Positions 59,782 through 64,000 of a DNA stretch of 64,000 bases are shown piece by piece. Numbering within the stretch: the first letter of the stretch is position 1; each line of letters begins with the position of its first letter. The notes beneath the pieces were generated by a model that saw only the letters and a program-made list of their open reading frames with translations, searched no databases and had not been told where the DNA came from. Source of the stretch: Candidatus Omnitrophota bacterium (lineage in GTDB: Bacteria > Ratteibacteria > UBA8468 > MWAK01); contig JBDRQI010000031.1 in assembly GCA_043826355.1 (NCBI GenBank), forward strand, positions 1 through 64,000, read 5' to 3'. The position numbers and the translations under genes were made by a program.

Positions 59782-59867
59782 CGGGAGTATAATATGAAGA
59801 GAAAGGGTATCAGGCTAAAACATCTCTTTTTGATGGGCAAACGGAGGATGTCAGTCTCTTCTTCCTT

Positions 59868-60421
59868 ATGAAAAAGACGATCGGTTACGTAGTTCTTTTT
59901 CTGCTTCTGGTGGTGGCCGGTTTTTTATTTATAAGGCATTTGTGCCTTCCGCCGACTTTGAAACGGTTTACCGGATTTTTCGAATTGACCGCACCGAGGA
60001 AATCAACCTTTATTTTACCCGGGATGAAATGGTTGTTCCGCTGGTAAGGAAAACACCCCGGTTCCGGTCTCTTGACGAAAAGGTTAAGAACGTAATAACT
60101 CTTCTCCTGGCTGGCCCGGATGAAACGGAAAAAGCAGCCGGTTACGATTCCGTCCTGCCCCAGGAAGCGCAGCTTCTGAGTGTTTTTATGGAAGAAGACA
60201 CCGTCTTTTTAAATTTTTCCAAGCAGATTGATGAAGGCGGCGGGACGGAAATGATGCTGACCCGGTTGCGTCAAATTGTTTATACCGCCACCCAGTTTTC
60301 CGGGGTAGGTAAAGTCAGGTTTTTAATCAATGGACAAACGATCAAATATTTTAGCAGTGAGGGTTTGACCGAAGTTGAAGACCCCATTGGCCGTGCCGAT
60401 TTGGAAATGGAGGAAAAATGA
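59868..60421 (+). CDS. GerMN domain protein, frameshifted after its N-terminal anchor
   Basis: LLAGP, QIVYTATQF, VRFLING; the ATG 59868 TM segment is out of frame with the 59942-60421 ORF. Confidence 0.8.
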
Positions 60422-60485
60422 AGAAGAATGAGCTTCTTTAAAAATTATCAAAACATTTAATGTGAAATAAAGATGAACATCAGCC

Positions 60486-60510
60486 ACCCGCAGTAAACAG
60501 GCGGGTTTTT
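60486..60510 (+). terminator. Intrinsic terminator
   Basis: ACCCGC-N9-GCGGGT followed by TTTT. Confidence 0.55.
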
Positions 60511-60573
60511 AAAATAAAGGAGAAGATGTTTTATTAAAACTATACGCTAAACGTTTCAAGCTATACGCTGATT

Positions 60574-61803
60574 ATGCAGAGGTTTGTGGTGAAAAAAAAG
60601 ATTATTTTTATAACAACCCTTGCTTTAATTATTTTTCTGCCTTTTTTATTCTTCAAAATAAGAAATGGAAAATTTATTAAATCGCAACATCAGGTGGTGG
60701 AAGGTTATATTTCCGAGGGAGATGTGCTTGGCGAGGTTCTGCTTGCCCAGAACATATCTCCAGCTGAGGTTTTTTCCATAACAAAGGAGTTGAAGAAGGT
60801 TTTGAACGTGCGGAGATGTAACATCGGTGACAGGTGGGAAATTTTTCTTGACAATGAAAAGAGGTTTGTAAAATTTATATATTACGACGGGCCTATTGAT
60901 TTCTATGTTGTGAAGTTTGACAGGGATAAAAACACTTATCTGGCTTCTGCCCAAGAGATAGAGGCTGAAAGGAGGCTGAGAGGAGTGCGGGGGGAAATAA
61001 AAAGCTCCTTATACGAAAGCATGTCTTATGTTGATGTAAATCCTGAAATAATAATCCAGTTTGCCGAAATTTTCGCCTCCAAAATAGATTTTTTTAATGA
61101 CTGCAGCACAGGAGACGGTTTTAATATTTTGTGGGAGTCATATTTTGATAACCAGGGTAATGTTCTTAAGGATGGAAGAATATCTGCGGCATCTTACAGC
61201 GTCGGGGACAGTACGCATTACGCTTTTTATTTTGAGCCTACTGAAGGTAAAAGCGGTTATTATGACGAGAAAGGAAAGAGTGTAGAATCGGCTTTTCTCA
61301 AGGCGCCCTTGAATTACAGGAGAATATCATCTCGTTTCACCCGCAGGAGGTTCCATCCCATACACAGGATTTACCGGCCCCATCTCGGCATTGACTATGC
61401 CGCTCCGGCAGGTACCCCTGTTTCTGCTTTAGGAGACGGGACTGTTAACTTTGCGGGACGGAGGCTGGACGGGTTCGGCATAACCGTTATCATGCGTCAT
61501 CCCAACGGCTATGTTTCCTGGTACGGCCATCTTTCCAAAATAGCCAAAGGCATAAAAAGAGGGACAAGGGCAAGAAAAGGGCAGGTTATCGGCTACGTTG
61601 GAGCAACAGGTGATGCAACAGGACCGCACCTGGATTTTCGCATACAAAAAAACGGTAAGTTTATTAATTTCCTCACTCTGAAATTACCGCCTTTCTATCC
61701 TCTGGCAGATAAGTATCTGCCAGCATTCATGGAAACAAAGGATACGTTTATCAGCAGGATGGAATCCCTGAAGGGTACGAAACCCACGGTTTTCCTCAAT
61801 TAA
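60574..61803 (+). CDS. M23 family peptidoglycan endopeptidase (MepM-like)
   Basis: HLGIDYAAPAGTP, YGHL, ATGPHLDF. Confidence 0.93.
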   Translation: MQRFVVKKKIIFITTLALIIFLPFLFFKIRNGKFIKSQHQVVEGYISEGDVLGEVLLAQNISPAEVFSITKELKKVLNVRRCNIGDRWEIFLDNEKRFVKFIYYDGPIDFYVVKFDRDKNTYLASAQEIEAERRLRGVRGEIKSSLYESMSYVDVNPEIIIQFAEIFASKIDFFNDCSTGDGFNILWESYFDNQGNVLKDGRISAASYSVGDSTHYAFYFEPTEGKSGYYDEKGKSVESAFLKAPLNYRRISSRFTRRRFHPIHRIYRPHLGIDYAAPAGTPVSALGDGTVNFAGRRLDGFGITVIMRHPNGYVSWYGHLSKIAKGIKRGTRARKGQVIGYVGATGDATGPHLDFRIQKNGKFINFLTLKLPPFYPLADKYLPAFMETKDTFISRMESLKGTKPTVFLN

Positions 61804-61977
61804 TAACGGATTGAGTGGTGAGGATGGCTCTGCGTCAAATTTTACGGCTGGTTTTAACACAATATATAAAGGGGTCAGATCTGTTATTTTAGTAATAATA
61901 ACTCTGGCTCCTTCTTCATCTTAATAGCAAGAGGGGTTAGTACCCCGTTCCTTCAGAAAAAACTGTAGGGTTGTGGC

Positions 61978-62231
61978 TGGTGTGAAGATGAGAACATCTT
62001 TCGAACCCTTAATTGGTTAGAAAACATTCCCTATCCTGAGTTGATGTTATTGAAAATTAAGGAGTTATTGCAATTGCAGCCCAATCTTTAGAAGGAATAC
62101 CCATCCCCACCACCCAGCGTTCTATCTAATCCAGTCCCTCTGCCAACACAAGAAACCTTTTACCCCGTCACCCAGGCGCAATTAGCCTTAGTTTTAGGAA
62201 GTTGACCCCGAAACACAGGAAGAAGTAAAAT
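61978..62231 (+). repeat. Intergenic module R7 (second tail type + spacer + promoter)
   Basis: WCEDENIFRTLNWLENIPYPELMLLKIKELLQLQPNL*; CTCTGCCAACACAAGAA...CCAGGCGCAATTAG; TTGACC-18-TAAAAT. Confidence 0.8.
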
Positions 62232-62334
62232 CTGGAAGGAAAAACATTAACCAAGACAGGCAGCTCAACCCAAACAAGTTATTCTAACCTGACTGTTCAA
62301 GGATAGGGGTTCACTTCATTTTTGGAACAAAGAG

Positions 62335-63201
62335 ATGAACAGAGAAAAGAAAATCGATACCAGAAAAATCGGTCTCAATATTGGCTCCATCCTGAACAGG
62401 TACTTTTTAAAGTCCGAAGACCTTCACTATGGCTACTGGACCGATGATTTATCGTTAGAACTCTTCAATCTGGCTCGGGCACAGGAGCGCCATTCCGACT
62501 TTCTCATGACCAACATCCCAGAGACGGCAAAGACGATTCTTGATGTGGGATGCGGTAGCGGAAAACTCGCGGAGAGGTTGCTAAATAAGGGATACCGGGT
62601 TGATTGCGTATCTCCCAGCCTCTTTTTTACAGAGCAGGCAAAAAAACTTTTGGGGGACAGGGCCCATATCTTTGAATGCCGGTACGAAAGACTGGAAACT
62701 GAAGATCGCTACGACCTGATTTTGTTCAGTGAGAGTTTTCAGTACGTTAAACTGGAAAAGGCAATTCAGAACTCCTTCCGGTTTTTGAATGAAGGGGGAC
62801 ATCTTTTAATCTGTGACTTTTTTGCCACGGAGGCGAAAGGGAAGAGCAGTATCGGCGGGGGACACAAATTGGTCCGGTTCTACCATCAAATCGGCCGCTA
62901 TCCATTTAAACTTGTTAAAGATATCGATATTACCAGGTACACCGCTCCCAATATTGACCTGGTCAATGGCTTGCTGATGAATGTCGGCTTACCAATCTGG
63001 AATCTCGCTTCCAGTTTTTTGAAGAACAATCACCCATTCATTGCCAGATTTATCCGCTGGAAATACAAGAAAAAGATAGCAAAAATCAGGCAAAAATATT
63101 TAACGGGAACGTGGAATGCGGCTCATTTTACAACTTACAAAACATATCGATTGCTCCTGTACCAAAAAACCGGAGTAAATTTACGCCAGGATAATGTGTA
63201 G
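62335..63201 (+). CDS. Class I SAM-dependent methyltransferase
   Basis: LHYGYW, ILDVGCGSG, ESFQY. Confidence 0.88.
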   Translation: MNREKKIDTRKIGLNIGSILNRYFLKSEDLHYGYWTDDLSLELFNLARAQERHSDFLMTNIPETAKTILDVGCGSGKLAERLLNKGYRVDCVSPSLFFTEQAKKLLGDRAHIFECRYERLETEDRYDLILFSESFQYVKLEKAIQNSFRFLNEGGHLLICDFFATEAKGKSSIGGGHKLVRFYHQIGRYPFKLVKDIDITRYTAPNIDLVNGLLMNVGLPIWNLASSFLKNNHPFIARFIRWKYKKKIAKIRQKYLTGTWNAAHFTTYKTYRLLLYQKTGVNLRQDNV

Positions 63202-63240
63202 AATAGGTAGGAACGCATAGGACCACATCTTTGGCAGTGG

Positions 63241-63372
63241 ATACCCCGCCCCCTCGGCCGGGTATTTTACTACCAGTCTCCACTGAGAACACAAGGAACC
63301 TTTTACCTCACCATGCCGTCGCAAGTAATTTTAACCACAAACCTTGACCGGATTCTGTTGGGGTGATAAGAT
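63241..63372 (+). repeat. Intergenic module R8 (spacer + promoter)
   Basis: CCAGTCTCCACTGAGAACACAAGGAACCTTTTAC...AACCTTGACC-17-TAAGAT. Confidence 0.78.
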
Positions 63373-63537
63373 TTGGGTGGTTTGGAAAAATAAGGCCTAT
63401 TGCAAACTTAAATTAGGGTATTTTTGTCTACTTTTCCTGAAGACATACAAAATCAAAGCTATACCGGTGAAATGTGTGACCAACAATATGCTAGCGGGAC
63501 TGCGTGTCCCTAATTTGGATGGAGGAGGGTACATAAA

Positions 63538-64000
63538 ATGAAGAGATTGTGGAAATGCGGTGGGATTGCTGTGTTAATTGTTGTATTAGGATTAACTTAC
63601 GCGTATTTGACATATGCTGATGAAATTCCAACGACTGATTTCATTAAAGCATCTTTGCAGATGCAAGAAGAAAGAAGCAGCCCTGGTTTATCTGCAGCAT
63701 GGGAGGTTAGAGTTTTACGCGACGGCAAAGAAATTCCCTCATTTTTGGTTAAAAAACAATACATCCGAACCCCGTCGGTATTCTATTTAAAAACAAGAAT
63801 ATTTAAAAACAACGAAGAACTTTTTGTAAGAGAATTTCGTTATGAAAGAAATACCGATACTTTTAAAATTTTGGAAACACAGGTTTCCACGGGAAACAAA
63901 ACGGGTGTTATCGGAAGTGGAATCCCAAGCGAATTCCTTCACAGAAGTTTTGTCGATCCACTTTATATTGCTACAATTTGGGATAATCAATTAATTAGTT
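63538..64000 (+). CDS. Hypothetical exported protein (runs off the window end)
   Basis: GGAGGAGG RBS; MKRLWKCGGIAVLIVVLGLTYAYLTYADE signal-like start; frame open to position 64000. Confidence 0.7.
   Translation, partial: MKRLWKCGGIAVLIVVLGLTYAYLTYADEIPTTDFIKASLQMQEERSSPGLSAAWEVRVLRDGKEIPSFLVKKQYIRTPSVFYLKTRIFKNNEELFVREFRYERNTDTFKILETQVSTGNKTGVIGSGIPSEFLHRSFVDPLYIATIWDNQLIS

Noticed and set aside
59790..59865. Possible c-di-GMP riboswitch (GGGCAAAC, GGCTAAAA) before GerMN
   Set aside because: Motif order and the GNRA/receptor elements do not match; only short generic stems are present.
43447..63372. Repeats considered as a CRISPR array or integron attC sites
   Set aside because: Spacing is on the kilobase scale with genes in between, and there are no cas genes. 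There is no RYYYAAC...GTTRRRY palindromic attC structure and no intI.

Overview
Bacterial chromosome window from a diderm organism (Kdo synthesis, Lpt-like protein, porin). The gene order resembles PVC-related lineages such as Omnitrophota, which is an inference only. 1-1325: a complete IS4-family element. 1.4-18 kb: housekeeping run nusA-infB-hinT-kdsA-kdsD-lptA-like-spoIID-hpf-ptsN-ptsI-pgi/pmi-metK-coaE-rho-oppD-O-antigen ligase, with many REP/MITE-like palindromes, some in frame inside genes. 18-30 kb: sugar or aminosugar catabolic genes, a membrane pyrophosphatase, rpmB, an IS66 remnant and a GH2. 30-41.8 kb: recJ, dCMP deaminase, hypotheticals and a first pst operon with a complementary degenerate pair of PstB ATPases. 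From about 41.8 kb to the end is an accessory region: rnd, Fic, a sigma-like mini-protein, a TupA-SET fusion, GNAT, AbiE, a complete phoRB/porin/pstSCAB-phoU island, CoA-disulfide reductase, GerMN, M23 and a methyltransferase. The most striking feature is a family of eight co-oriented intergenic modules in this region. They carry an orphan C-terminal peptide tail (GGxxDDVRT... or W-x6-FRT...) that resembles the ends of large serine recombinases, a conserved spacer and a TTGACC-type sigma70 promoter aimed at the next cargo gene. This suggests a cassette-like array built by repeated site-specific integration. No recombinase, tRNA, rRNA or CRISPR array was found in the window.
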